From: Raillietiella orientalis | Taxonomy: Eukaryota | DNA length: 64,000 nucleotides | NCBI GenBank assembly: GCA_036172245.1 | Contig: JAYWIR010000030.1 | Coordinates: forward strand, 1-64,000 | Direction: 5' to 3' | In this document: piece by piece, positions 24,161 to 37,299 of the stretch | Layout of the letters: every line of letters starts with the position of its first letter | Numbering within the stretch: position 1 is the first letter of the stretch | Notes under the pieces: generated by a model | What the model saw: only the letters and a program-made list of their open reading frames with translations | Database searches by the model: none | What the model was told of the DNA's origin: nothing | Position numbers and translations under genes: made by a program

Positions 24161-25000
24161 TGCCACCCGGTCACGCCGGGGCGTTTATTAAAATTCTCTA
24201 TAGTTCGTGGTACGAGGCCCCACTACGGCCAACTCAACAGGACCTGCCGGGTTGCCGGTACGCAGACCGGCGCGACTCTCCTCGGCAGCGGAAGGGGATG
24301 GGGGAAAAACAAAAAGAAAAATAAAACATAAGAAACAAAAAGATTTTGGAGGGTTGGGGAGGGATCACTGACCACTGAGAGGAGGGTCCATCCTTTGCAG
24401 GATGCCCTCGAGGTCCGTCCGCATGATTCCCAGGTGGGGCCATCTGGTCGCAATCCTCAGGTAGCGGACTGCAAGTTCGACGGCAACCCTGTCGTGGCTC
24501 GGTGTTCTCACGTCGCTCCAGCACGTCACGATCCCACGGACGCAGCAAAGTGCAGCCAGGGCAGCGGCTGGTCGCAGGGCATCCTGCACGAACAGAAGCC
24601 GAAACACGTCTCTGGGCTGGCTGCCCTCCTGGATCCGTAGGGAGGCACGAAGACGTTCCCACAGGGGTCGGAGGGCAGCACAATCAACAAGGAGGTGGGG
24701 GAGGGTTTCCCGCTCCCCACACCTGATGCAGGCAGGATCTACTCGACCCCTAGTCCAGTGGTGGCGGCGTGCGTTGCAGGGCAGGCCCCAATGCAACAAC
24801 AGAAGCGCCGACTCCTGCCACTTCAGGGGGAGGATCCTCGAACCAATAAATAGCGGGGGCCACTTCAGGTCATCCATCGGGATGCCGAGCAGCTCGCCCC
24901 ATCTCACTAGACCTCTCGGCTGGACGCTAGGGGTAGTGGCGTCCGCCAGTTCCCCCATGGACCAGCCGCTCATCAACTTCTCTCTGCCTGCGATACGGCA
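24161..25000 (-). mobile_element. 5'-truncated L1/Tx1-clade copy with an uninterrupted 203-codon ORF2 C-terminus (24365-24976) and complete 3' UTR
   Basis: HWTRGRVDPACIRCGERETLPHLLVDCAALRPLWERL is an intact CxxC-x5-ETxxHLLxxC zinc finger. The UTR has a T-rich tract, a stem and AATAAACGCCCCGGCGTGACC. Confidence 0.88.
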
Positions 25001-25449
25001 GGAGAAATTCGGTTAGCCTAAACATAGGTCTTGAAAGGATATGTGTACAATTGGAAGATGAAGGAGAACACATACAAAAGGAAACATGAATATACGACAA
25101 CTTCAATAATTCCATCGGCAATTATTATCGATGACATAGTTGTATGTGGACATAATTACTTGGAATGAACAAACGCATCTAGGATGGAATAGATTTGAAC
25201 ATTCGGAAAATCATTCCCAATTACCTGTACAGGAAGAAAGGTCTCATGTTAGTCAAGATAAGAGGATTTCAGTAGCTTTTGCAAGGGAAAAGAAAACGCA
25301 ATATTTTGGAGCGTATTCCAAAACATACGGCAGCGCGGATGTGCAAAGATCACTGTAACGCTGACTGTAACACGATCTTGTAAAAACAAAGCCTCCCCGC
25401 GGAAGGAATCCGTGAGCACGGACACTGTTCATTCTAAAGTCAAAATAGA

Positions 25450-26780
25450 ATCCGCAGTCGCAAATGGCTTTTGGCGTCTTGTACGATCGTACTTGAAATC
25501 GTCCAATTCTACGGACTGCAAATGCTACAACTGCGTGTATATGTATTTTTCTCATGATGCATGGGTTGTGTACGATTTTGCAACTGCCATGAATGATAGG
25601 AAGATACTCTCGCCCGAGTGGAAAATTCCTTCGAGATGGAATGGGAGCATCGCAATCTTAAATCGTCATGGTTCCCAGAAAAGGAAAATTGCACGGTGGA
25701 CGCTTGGGAAGGAACCGTTCTCTTCTCCTCGTTTGCACGAGAAGTGTCTCTCTGGCCAGTGCTTTGCTGGTTCGCGGTCCTTTCTACTACCACGGTAGGG
25801 GCTGCATCAGCAGCAATGGAAGATAGAATAGAATGTCGTGTGTAGGAATTCACATGAAACTAAAGATTCATTTTCAAAGGAATCACAGGAATAAGAAGAG
25901 CAATTCCATGTTTTGGGTCCGATTTCAGGTTTTCAATGGATTGCTAGAGATTCGACATTCCGCGCATTCTAAAATTCGGATACTCTAAAATTTCACATAA
26001 TAATTTGGGTTCAGTAGAGATTCGAAACTTGAGGGAGTGTGCTTACTCTTTGTTCTAACCATGGTTGCACATCTGAAGCTGGATTTTGATCAAAAGCGAA
26101 AGATTACTGCAAAAGAAATGTACTCAAAAGTTGGCGGAAAACGGAGCAAAGTAGGGAAATGTCTGTTCAGTTCTGTATTCGGATTCACTCTGCATTCTTT
26201 CAAGACATGCTGTCGACTTTTCGCAATCACCGGCAAGTTGCGCCTCCCCTTCAGTTGACCGAGCGCTCTTGTCTGGGCCGCCGACTCGAGACAGCGATCA
26301 GCAAAAAATGCACATGCAGGTAACTCAAGATGGCCCGTGGTGATTGCGAGGCAACTCATCTCGTAAACGTTCCCTATGAAGCAGAGCCACGAAAGAAACA
26401 AGCCTGATGATTTGTTCGGTTTGGAGGCATACCATCGGAAGAGGCATAGAGGAACTTTTGGAAATGCATGGTCTGGAAGTAGCCATGTCCTACTTGAAAA
26501 TTACGTCATCTTCTGTATGTAGCAATGCATTTCTCATTACTCGGAAAGAATAAGAAAACGTGCGTCGGAAGGCTCGTGATTTGCTTTCTTCTGCGGTTAC
26601 AACACATCTCTTTCCGATGCGTCGGCATCCCCATTTTCCAGCGAACTCCTTCATCTGCACAGCTTGAGCAAAGTGTGCATCCTTGCACAAGATGGGCTTG
26701 TTTTGCTTCGGAATGGAATGTGTCGTTCAACACTGTAAGTCCGAGTCACTTTCACAGATGAACCTCATATATTCAAAGTG
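25450..26780 (-). mobile_element. Highly decayed Gypsy-like pol relic (RT start and integrase zinc-binding region)
   Basis: Faint frameshifted motifs only: VIFK*DMA (FSKLDL/M), PMVCLQ...RL (GLFQYxRLPFG), and a downstream ..YHSW...CSIC resembling the integrase HHCC. Confidence 0.35.
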
Positions 26781-28419
26781 CACATCGAGGCAGCGATGCA
26801 GCAGCGGTCGCCACAACGACCGATGACCCAACCGATAGGTTCAGGAAGTACCTGGGCAGAGCTGGACGTTGCCACACATCGCTTTGCTGACGAGTTCCGC
26901 ATCGTGACACGGGGTCCTCAGTCCTCTGGACACGTTAGATTTCCTGGGTCTCATCTCCGGATGTGCGGGGTTCCACGACAGGTGCCCTTACCGGAGCTCT
27001 TTGATGGTGGAGAGGCAGTCATCGTTGTTTGCCCTCTTTCTCTCTGCCTTGCTTCCTCGGAGTTCATGGGGCGCTTACGAAGGAGCAAGTGACGTCCAGT
27101 ATGACGACTTACCCCTTGTCTTCCGTGGCCTCTTGATCCCTATGGTTCAGCAAGCGCTGTGCATCGTCAGAAAAACGAAGTTCCTTGATTTTCAACAGAT
27201 GACGGCTATGCTAATTTTTGTGCCTCATATCCGTATCTCCTCGTTATAATTGCTGTTGGCTCGGAGAACGCGTACACACATTTCTCCGAGGTAGAAAAAG
27301 AAAAAAAAAAAAAAAACGAGGTAACGAGACTTTTATGTTTCACAGTTTGCACAAAAAAAAGAAAAGAAAACATTCTTTGTGGAAAAGTGGTCGTCCTTAG
27401 CACTTCGTTGGCACTGTTAAGCACCGTGAAACACTCTTTTAATTAATGTGCAGAGGCGTTGAAGGATTTTTGGTGTTAAGAAGCGAGCATTTATTTTCTG
27501 TGGGAAGGAGCAGAGACAAGGAGATGGGAGGTAGAGGGGAAGAGAACAGTGAGTGGAAAGTTTTCCCGGAACCTCTAGACGGAGCGAAATGAGGCGCAGC
27601 GAAGCAGGAAGAGATTGCACGCGACAGCTGGAAGGGAAAGCACGCCAGAAGGACCGACAGGAGAGTTGCACATTCCGGAGAGAGCCTTCATTTGATCACT
27701 TGGTTGTTTTTTGCACGAACCGCGAGGGAGCAAAGCGACGATGGCTCACGGGTTGAAGCGGCGCTCCGGGACCAGCGTGGCGCCTCGTTCAAAGCCTGGC
27801 CGATTCTCAGTGTTGCCACGTTCTCCAAATTGAAGTGCTGCATGGACGATGCTCGCAAATGTTATCCGGCCGAGGAAAACGATCCTGCAGAATTCGGGAA
27901 TCCGGGAAACTCAAGAAGTGAGCACTGAGCGTTGTTTGCTGTACGGAAAATGGCTGTTTATGGAGGAAGAGCGAAATCGGTGGTTTTATCTGACGAAATG
28001 TATCGACATGGGAAGCAGCGTGCATGGAATGATGTTACGTCCCAGATAAGAGGAGATGCCATGCTTCGATGTAGGAACGCCACAAGAGCATGCGACATCA
28101 CAGAAATATGTGCGAATGCATAACGTGGTTTTGATTTATGCAGTTGTATAATATACAGGAATGTAAAGAAATCGCATTATAATCTTATGCAGATGTATTA
28201 TCCTTTGTGGATTATGCATAGTAACTACGCACGTAATTTCCCAGGTGAAGGTAGAGAATTCGTTTTATGGAGCGTTGCTGACTGTTTCGTTTGTGGTATC
28301 TACAGCTTCGTAACGACGGGATGATGCTACTGAGACGGCGTACAAGCTGCAAGAGGATCCCCAAGCTGACTGCAGGTGCATGGCGAGAGGGTAGCGAGTG
28401 CTGGTGCTTAATAAGTGTT

Positions 28420-29060
28420 ATGTTACATGGGGGTAGCCACGGCTAAGCGATGGATCGTACACTGTCATCTTGTCGGTGAAGAGTAACGTCGGACAGCTCA
28501 AGAAATGTTCGTTGATAACGGCATGAGGCGAATCCCTCCCACTATGCAAAGAGCGAAGTGATACTCGGAGGGAGACTGCGGAAGTGCGAGCAGTCTGCAA
28601 GAGGATGACTTTTGACTTGCAAGCTGAATGAATGAAGGAGGAGTGTTCGATGAAGAAGGTGAGGAAGCGTTCGCGGCTTCCCTTCACGGCATGAGGGCAG
28701 CCCTCTACAGAAAGCGAGAACGAGGCACAAATTCCCATTGGTTCTCACAAGGGGAGAGAAAAAATCAACTCTTCAAGGGGAGGTGTCGATAGGCGATTTC
28801 CAGGCATAATGAGAATGGAAAGCTCCCTCCCCGTAAGAAATAGAAAACGAGACACCATCAAAGCGCAAAGAGAACTTTCCCTTTCGCTGACGCCCTTATT
28901 TGATGGGTCGCCCTTGACTTCCGGGTCGAACGATTCGAATTCAATCCTCGCTCTGAGTAGCGGCATTCTCGAATCGGGATGTTGCACGAAACCTTCGTCA
29001 TCAGATGTGCTTCTCATGGAGCGGCAACCCTTAAGATGCATGGCTCTTTCTTCGATAGCA
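28420..29060 (-). mobile_element. Decayed L1-like ORF2 C-terminal fragment
   Basis: GCPHAV / PSCREGKPRTLPHLLH resembles the CPxC...ETLxHLL zinc finger across a frameshift. Confidence 0.45.
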
Positions 29061-29976
29061 AAAGAGATGATGAGTGATGGATGAATGCTTCGGTGTTCCT
29101 TTACGAGATATATCCTTTTTCGCGGATATCTATCTATCTATATATGTTGCATATATTGCCGGAACACAAACACGTGATTTTAGTAGGTCGAATTCCATTT
29201 CGTTCCTTTTTTTTGCGAACAACGTAGCGCAAGAAGATGCAGTTTCCAACAACAAGAGTGATGGAGCTGAGACGACGGAATCTTTTAAATTGGTTACCCA
29301 TCAAGAAATGCCTACAATTTTTTTTTTTTTTTTATCTTCAAGTCGAATGATGAATGAGCACATCGAATTTCCTTTGCTGTTTCAAATATTGAATAATAAA
29401 TATTGCGTCTTTATCACGTTTAGGAGACATTTCATATTTTTCATGGATGCTATTTGATCACGAGTGAGTAGGGCTCGTAGAACGCGTGTTGATACAATGG
29501 GAAACGTTTCCCGCGTGCTACGTGAGGCTGCTGTGCATGCGTAAGCTCACAAGCAAAAGACACGGGAAGGGACTCGGGACAGGGAAGAAGAGTGCGGAGA
29601 TGAGTGTCTAGCTCTCGGGATGCAAACAGGATGCCCTGCTTCCGCTTCATTTGGAAGCCCGCATCCTCTTCCCGTTTGTCATCGGACATCTGTGCATCAA
29701 ATCCGCGGAGATGATTCTTCAAGTATCTGTAGACTTTATATGGACCAGCTTGAGCTGCTGCGTATGGTAAGAAACTCCTGATCCACGTCTTCACGCAGAT
29801 CTGACCTTCTTCGCGCGGGGTGTTCGCGACACGCGCAGAAACACGAAAAGTCGAGCAGTTATCCTTATCTGCGAAAGAAGTTGCAGATGAAGAGATGGAT
29901 GATGGAGGAGAAAACACTTCCAGCTCGGGTCAAAGGATGAACCTGACGTTTCCGGGATGGAATGCTCGGATTTGTA

Positions 29977-30650
29977 CCTGGGGTCACGCCGGCACGTTTA
30001 TTTTAAAATAAACTACAATCCAGGGGAAAAGAGTCCCCTAAATACAGAAGATGACAAAAACAAAAAAACAAAAAGAAAGGTTCATTTGGGATGACCACCG
30101 GCACGTAGCCCGCTTCTAGAAAAGTGGGGAACAAAGGGAGGGGACAATAAATAGATAGAAACAAGGCAGGAAGGTAGGAACGAGGTCTTTGGTTTCCTTT
30201 CTTTTCTTCCTTTTCGGATGCCACAGATGGTTGCGATCGCGGCGTCCGTCTTCAGCTCTCTTTGAGTGACGATGCGCCGCAGCAAGCACGAAGCTGTGGC
30301 CTGAGGATGACGGACTGCCAAGGCTGGTCTCCGCCACGCGTCCTCCAAGGCACTGCAGGACAATAGGAGGTGCGGGATCGATTCCGTCGCCTGGAACAGT
30401 TCGGGGAGACTTCAACTCCCCTGGGAACCAGGTTCCTGCGCTGATTGCACTGGAATTCCCGGTGTGTAAACAGCAGAACTGCCACTTCCTCCTTGAGTTT
30501 CCCCTCCCTGGTCAGAAGAGAATCCAGGATTCTCTTGACCTGTCCGTGACTCGCGTTGGTCTCTATGGTACGTCCGGGAACGGAGCGGGAACAGGGAAGT
30601 TTCCGCACACAGAGGAGGAACCGAGAGTTCCTTGGAGGGCACACCATTCA
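29977..30650 (-). mobile_element. Decayed L1/Tx1-like 3' end
   Basis: KLKEEVAVLLFTHREFQCNQRR...RG.EVSPNC aligns with LKWQESALLLLHWGLPCNARR...RG.V.P.C of the 24.5-kb copy. Ends in AATAAACGTGCCGGCGTGACC (30002-29982). Confidence 0.7.
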
Positions 30651-30659
30651 GGTCCAAGA

Positions 30660-31810
30660 AAAAGAAAACTCCTGAGAATCTCCCTGTGGGGTAGAGGGAG
30701 GTCGCGAGTCCTCCTGAAACACTTGTGCGCTATGCATCGCGACGGAGGCCTCGGCCCCGTGACGCTGGATCGCCTGGAGCGGTAGCTCCGGTGGTGGACA
30801 CTTGCCCTAGTGACGAAGCTTTGGAGCAGGAACTGGCGCGAACCCGCACGCTGACTGGTCAAGCGAGCCACCGGCTACGCGGGACGGTCTTCGTTCTTGG
30901 AGCGGCGGCGTAAACAAACGTGTCCAGCTGCGGACTGGAGCTCCGGCCACTGGCCGAGCTGACCAGGACCAACTACTGGGTCTTCTTTCAGACCGCGCGA
31001 GGTGGTTCCTGGTTGCAGGAAACCGTCCGCACATGGGAAACACAAAAACAACGAAGCGAGTCTGAGGCTGCGGCAGCGACTGCTGCACTCCTCCAACAAG
31101 AACCGCTTGCTGCAGGACGTCATCGTGCAGCCTGCCACGCGTGCGTGGGCGCAAGGTGCCTCCCTTGTCGCGGCCCCGCCCTCGCTCAGGTAGCACCTGG
31201 GCAGTAACCAGACGGCCAAATGGATGATCAGTTGCGAAATGGACAATTGAACGAAGGAATTAGGTGGTTGGCCTTCGGGCCTCTTCACGGACGCTTCAAT
31301 CCCAAGTGTCCCATCGAAGGGACCATTGAGCTGGGGCGAGCTGCTGGAAATCTCACAGGAAGACATGGAAGCTGGACTCCGCCACACGCTGAAGAACAAC
31401 CACACCCTCCCCCTGAATTGTCGGCATTTCTGAGGTTGCATGGGGATCTCCCGTGCAAGGTCCGCTGCTCTCACTGGACCCGGGGAGCGGCGGACCCAAA
31501 CCGCTGCAGGTGCGCGGAACGGGAATCGCTCCCGCATCTGCTTGTAGACTGTGTTTCCTTCAGGCACTTGTGATTGCCCTTGGTGCACCGGCCGACAATT
31601 CCAGGGACTTGATGAAGCCCCTCTTCGTGCGCGATGCCCATTCGCCTTCCGCATCTCCAGGAACTCTTTGCTGCCTACGTAGGATCGTGGAGCTACGAGA
31701 GAGCAGGAGGGAAAGATTGGAAAGCTTCGCCATCTGTTTTGCAGGGTGTGTGACGCGCCGATATTTCAAAATGTTGTGTGTGTCCTTCCAGGTTCCTGAG
31801 ATCTCATGAG
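30660..31810 (+). mobile_element. Decayed L1/Tx1-like ORF2 post-RT and zinc-finger region
   Basis: SLWGRG...LCAMHRDGGLG (FLW...LPxxxGGLG) and LHGDLPCKVRCSHWTRG...CRCAERESLPHLLVDC. Confidence 0.8.
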
Positions 31811-32004
31811 CGACTTCTGCATCACCTACTGCCATTATACTCTCGTAGGGTATGGCGGCACTGCAACGTGGGAGTTGGATCCTTCCTGGTACCGCACCTT
31901 CCTGTGATCTTTCTCCCACCTCCTACAGGACGCACCGCCGGTATATGCGGTGTGTGTGTGACCGACCTAACGGAACTTTCGCCGCTCCTGCTCCGGGGCA
32001 CGAG

Positions 32005-34929
32005 GTCACCCGCCCTGCTGGCCGGCAGCCGCCGTTTGTCCAGAGGGAAGGAGAGCCACGCAGCTAGGATAGGGTGTAACAGCGACTCAGGCTCACTACT
32101 TCTGGACCCTTCCCGTTCCCTCCAGGGAGACTTCCCCGAGTTCACGAGCCTCTTCCTCCCCACGTTGTGGTCCACGGGAAGGCGAGAGGTGCCATCGGCG
32201 ATTCTCCGAGGAATCGGCGATCCGCCTCAGCTGGAACGCAAGCGTTTTCATGCGAGGTGGCAACGGCGCCGCGCCTTCGCCATCGACCTCGCGCCCCAGG
32301 GTACCTTCCACGCGCAGACTGACACCCATGCAGCACCCACTCATCGTCAGCTGCCCGGCCTCCGGTCTTCAAGCTCATTCGCGCACGCATCTTCCTGGAA
32401 GGAAGGATGCCGGCAGTTCCCTGCATCCTTCTTCAGGAAGACGTGAGATGTTCGAGGCGACTTCCGGTGTCCCGCCGTGTTTCCTCCGGCTGGTCGGTCT
32501 TCCCAGCGCCTCGCGCCCCGCTTCACGCTGCGGACAGGAGCAGCCGCAGGAGGAACGCAGCGAATATTCGCCAAGCGAACCTCGCAACCCCGGAGCGGAG
32601 ACAACACGCGCCATCTCCGCCTTCCGGGTGCCAGTCGCCCCCGCTCCTTTGGGCTAGCTGCGTACGAATTCCGCGCTCCTCAATCCCAACAATGTTTCCG
32701 TTCGAGGGCCGCACCGGCCCTTCTCGCGAGGGGGTCCCTTGCCTACCGCCGATCTCGCAGCGCCACGTTGCGCCCGCGGCGTCCTCAAAGGCCCGCCGCT
32801 CGCTGGAGCTGCAGCGACGCCAACGCAAGGCGCACTGCATCGCCGTCTCATTCGCTACTTCTCTTTTCCATAGAAGGCTTGCGGGTGGTGCCAACGAGGT
32901 CAGCAGGCAAATCGCCAAAGTCTTGCGCAGTCTGCGGGAGACGCGTGGTGATCCCGGTGTCCACCTCCGTCGTCCTGCGGCAGGTCGGTCATCCACCCTA
33001 CCTGCTCTACCGCTGCAACGAACAAGCAGCTGACCTGACCGATTGAGCACCTTTTTGCGTCCGCTTTTCTGGAATTACAAGGAAAACGACTACCCCTTTC
33101 CTTTGCATTTTTCATGGAGAAACGTCCCGGAGTGACCGGAAGAAAAGGCTACCAGAAGCAGCCGGACCGGACTTCTGAGGGGTAGACGTCTTCCCCTAAG
33201 AGCACTGCGAACTTGCTGGTGCCACTGTCAGCCGGTGACGCCTCGAAGGGGAAAAGGACCATCCATCCACTGAGCGGGTTGGGCACACAAAAAGACAAAG
33301 AACTTCAGAGGGTAGGGAACAAGAAACGAACGAATGAAATTAAAAGAGGAAATCGCACCGGTGCCTGGTCAGCACCGCTGAGGGCGAGGGGACAAGTGCA
33401 CGTCTGACTTTTCAAGTTAACAACCCCTGAAATTCGTAAAAACCGGAAGCTTAGTCTTCGCGAAAAAATCCTTGTTTTGTTCGCCTTCCTTTCGTTTTCC
33501 GTTCCTGTCAACACCATCTTCGTCTTCACGGCAACTGCTTCTTCGTCCCACATCTTGGTTTGCCGCTTTTCACTTTTTTCCACCTTCTTCGGTTGACTCA
33601 TCCCGTTTGTCTGCTCCCTCCCCTCCGTTCGTCAGTCAGCTCCCTTCCTTCCTCCTGCTCACCTGCTTTTTTTCACGTTCGATTCCTCCGCCGCCGCCGC
33701 CATCTCTCTGTCTTCCGAGTCACTTTTCTTTGCTTTTCTTTCTTTTGCCCCCTTTCCTTCCCGTTTCCACCCCTTCCTCCCTTGTGCCAGTCCGATTCTC
33801 TAAAACGCATCCCTCCTGGTTTTGTTTTATTCTTCTCTGGAACGGCCCCCCGTCCGTCCAGATGGGAACTTTCTCACTTTCCCGTCATCCGGCGCCACGC
33901 CTCCGATTCCTGAAAACGAAAAGTCTGACTTGCCCGCATGCCACTCCCTCAGCTTACCCACACCACCACGAGAGGTGGCTCGGAGGCGTGCACGCAACCC
34001 CTCCCACTCCCATGGGAAGATGCAGGACGGACCTGTGGTGCCCCCCGACACCACACAGCCCGGCTGCTCTTCCTCTTTGAGGTCCGCATCAGGGGAGCGC
34101 CTCCAGGTGTGAGCGATCAGCCCTGCGATCTGGAAACGGACGCAGCAAAGTTCGAGAATCCCCAGGCACGTGCACCTACCTCCTTCCTCAAGATGCAGAG
34201 GGTGGCTGCTGCCCCCACACCGCACGCCAGCCAGGTCTTGAGAGACGGCATGGCTTCCAAGCAGGAAATAGGAGCTGGCAGAGCACAGGATCAATTTCGC
34301 GTGGAGGAAATCCCTTCAGCTTCTCGGTCCCTTTCTTTTTTTTCTTTTGGAATGGAGCGTATCCTAGGAAACGATCTCGGCTAACGTGGGCTTCGTCTGC
34401 CGAGTGGCACTGGTGAGTTACGCGCTGCCCATTTGCGTGGCGATGTCGATGCTCAAGGATTCCCATCTAGGAAGCAAGAAGAGCGAAAGCAAAAACTAAT
34501 ACCGTGGCTTCCGGACTCCCGAAATCTCGGAAGGCTCTTTCCTGTTTTCCCCTTCTTTTCCCCTTCTTGCCAAACCATTCTGATCGTTTCCTTCGTTCCG
34601 CCATCTTCTTTCGCTCTGCCTGTCGCTTTTTCTCCTTCCAACGACCAGCCTCCCTTTCTTCATCACCTTCTTAACTTGATTCCTAGGTCTCTCATCGTAC
34701 CCCTATTTTCTCCCGCTTTTTCATCCCCCTTCCTTTTTCCGCGTCTTCATTATCAGAGCAGTTTCATCCCCTGCTTCCCTCTTTTTGTTGCCTACCCGGT
34801 TTTCTCAATTACTGAAGAATGTTGCTCTATTCCCTCCCCACAATTCTTTTGGCGCGAGGATTTGCTCCGAGACTTTTTATTATCCACCTTGCAAAATACA
34901 GAAGGTACAAGAAGAACACTTTTCGTATT
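32005..34929 (-). repeat. Third copy of the duplicated unit, part 1 (reverse complement of ~8782-11711)
   Basis: Near-identical sequence; e.g. ORF 32900..33115(-) equals 10601..10816(+). Confidence 0.95.
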
Positions 34930-34930
34930 G

Positions 34931-37092
34931 ACGGACGGACTGCGATGCTTAACATGAAGCCTCATCGTGCGACTATCAACTTCGACAGAATGTTACCTCG
35001 GTAGAGGAGAACATTTGGACGTTGTGCCCCTGCTCGCAAACCGTATTGCCTGGCTTCAGGAGTCAGTTGACGCGTGGGGGAAGATTGAAGGCTCGAGCGA
35101 TGCGGAGCACGCCTGCCTGCGGGGGGAAACGACCAGCTCGTCAGTCTGTGCGGGAGATGTTGTGCAGCTCACGCAAGATGCGGTGGGTCTCGTCCACTCC
35201 TTTTGCCTCAGTAGAAGCAAGGGACAGTGACAATCCGGCAAGCTGGAAGAAACCTGCTGTACTGCAATACGAAAGAAACTTCGGGGTGGGTGGACAACTC
35301 GGTAGGTGACGGACGCGGCAACCGCGAGTGTCTCACCACAAGGACTTCTACGCTGGGGCGATACCTCCGTCAGAGGTGAAGTGGCCCTTGGCATTCTGGA
35401 ACGGTGGCGCTCTTCCCCTCAAGTGGCAGGAGGTGGCGTTGCTGGTGTTGCATGGGGGGATCCTGCACCAAGAGCGCCTCCATCGTTGTACACGAGGGGG
35501 GGAGTGTCGATGCGCATTGTGCGAAGTGCGGCCAGAAGCCAGTCTTTCGCGCACTTATTGACAGACTGCTCTTCCCTTCGACCCCTTTGGAATCGTCTCT
35601 CGACGATCCATCCTAGGAACTGCGCAGGGCTAACCCAGAGGCATTTCCCGGCACGTCTTCGTGCGGGCTGCACTGCCTCCAGGTGCGTCCCTCGCAGTCC
35701 TCTGTTGCCTTCAGCGGGGAAGTGACGACCTGGAACGCAGGAATAAGAGGCCAGAATGGGAGAGGCTCCATCTACCGGGCGAGAATCTTTTTAAGGACCG
35801 TCACCAGATGGCCTTATGTGGACAACTTAAAAACAGCACTTGTCAGCATCCTGAGCGAGATGCAGAGGACGCCTCTCAACACGGAGGAATCCCTTCCTCC
35901 GCTTTCCTGTCCCGGGAAAAACTCTCCCTCCTTTTTTCGTTTGTTTGATTTTTGTTGTTCTTTAAACCATCGCTGCCGAAGTGGACTTCGCCTGTCTGAG
36001 CACCGGGAATTTGCTTGTTTCGGTGCACGTGGTAGAACCACGCGTTCTATCACCTTCCTGTAATTTTTGTTACCGTATTTTTATTATTCTATTTAATAAT
36101 CAATTAGCCATAAAAAGCGGATGGAAAACCTGTGTGTCGGTGAACGCTCCACGCGGACTCCTACCTGTGGCCGTTGGCATCCGGGTTTACGAGCGTTTTC
36201 AAAGAAGCGACCTCCCCGGAGTAACTGGGTGAAAACGGGAAGCTCGGTCAATGCTGCCTACGGGCGCGGGCGTCTCCTCTGCTTGCAACGTTTGCATTTC
36301 TTTTCGCTTCTTTTTCTCTCCTCCGCATCCTTCGGCGCTTTTCCGTTCTTCCTGGCCCGTCCTGCGGGTGAACCTGGTGTGGCCCTTCTGGATAGACCGC
36401 CGCCGACTCGCGATGAAGGAGAACCGTTTCTTGAAGCGCCTCACTTCCTCAAAGTGACCGCGAACCTTCTCCCTGTCCCTTCCGCTTCCCTACGCGGGGA
36501 GACGGGGGCGTCGTCCCATTCCTGCAGCAAGGGGAGAGGGTGGGTTCCCGGCAGAGCACCGCGGCGCGCTTTTCCCATCCTCCCCGTCACCTTCGGGGTT
36601 CCGCCTGCGCCAGACGGCGCGCTCCTCGAGGGATGCCGTGCAGTTTGCGCGTCCCGCGACCCGGGGCGGTGGCAGTCCTTCAGATGAACCACGCGCAAGC
36701 GGTCCACCTCCGAGAGAAGAACGTTCTGCCCGCCCGGGAAAGTGGAGTGCTCATTGGGTGCCGCCGCCTGCCATGCATCACTCCCGCTCGCAGGCACGAG
36801 GGAGGTCCTCTAACGCATCCTTCAGCTCGGTCAGCTCGTTTCCTTGGCACCCCGAATCGGCGCTTCTGCTGCTGCACTGGAGCCTCCCGCCGATCTCACT
36901 GGACTCGGTGGGGGGAAGGGGGGAGGGGATGCCAACTCGAACAGATGCGGGGAACACGAATCCCTCACGTAACCCATGGACGATGCACACTTCGGTAGGT
37001 TGACGGCCGATCCCGGAGGTGCTGCAATATGGGATCATCCCGAGACGGGAGAGGAGCAAGCTCCAAGCATCCCGTCCACTTCCAAAAAGAAG
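34931..37092 (+). repeat. Third copy of the duplicated unit, part 2 (direct copy of ~1282-3445)
   Basis: Offset ~33647; e.g. ORF 35306..35725 equals 1659..2078. Ends at CCAAAAAGAAG. Confidence 0.95.
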
Positions 37093-37299
37093 TCCGATCT
37101 GCTGGCTACAGATGGGTGGAGTATGAGGTACTAAGTTGAGAGAAGGAGATTTTATTTCCCTGATGTTACAACTGATGTTACACTTTGACCCTTGTGGCTC
37201 TACCCAATCTTCCTATTCTCTCTTCTGTGTAAGCATCCGCTGTTTGTTTTGCAGGGGGACTGTTGGCTTTCACTCAACCTGAACTTCCAAGTGGTCCCT

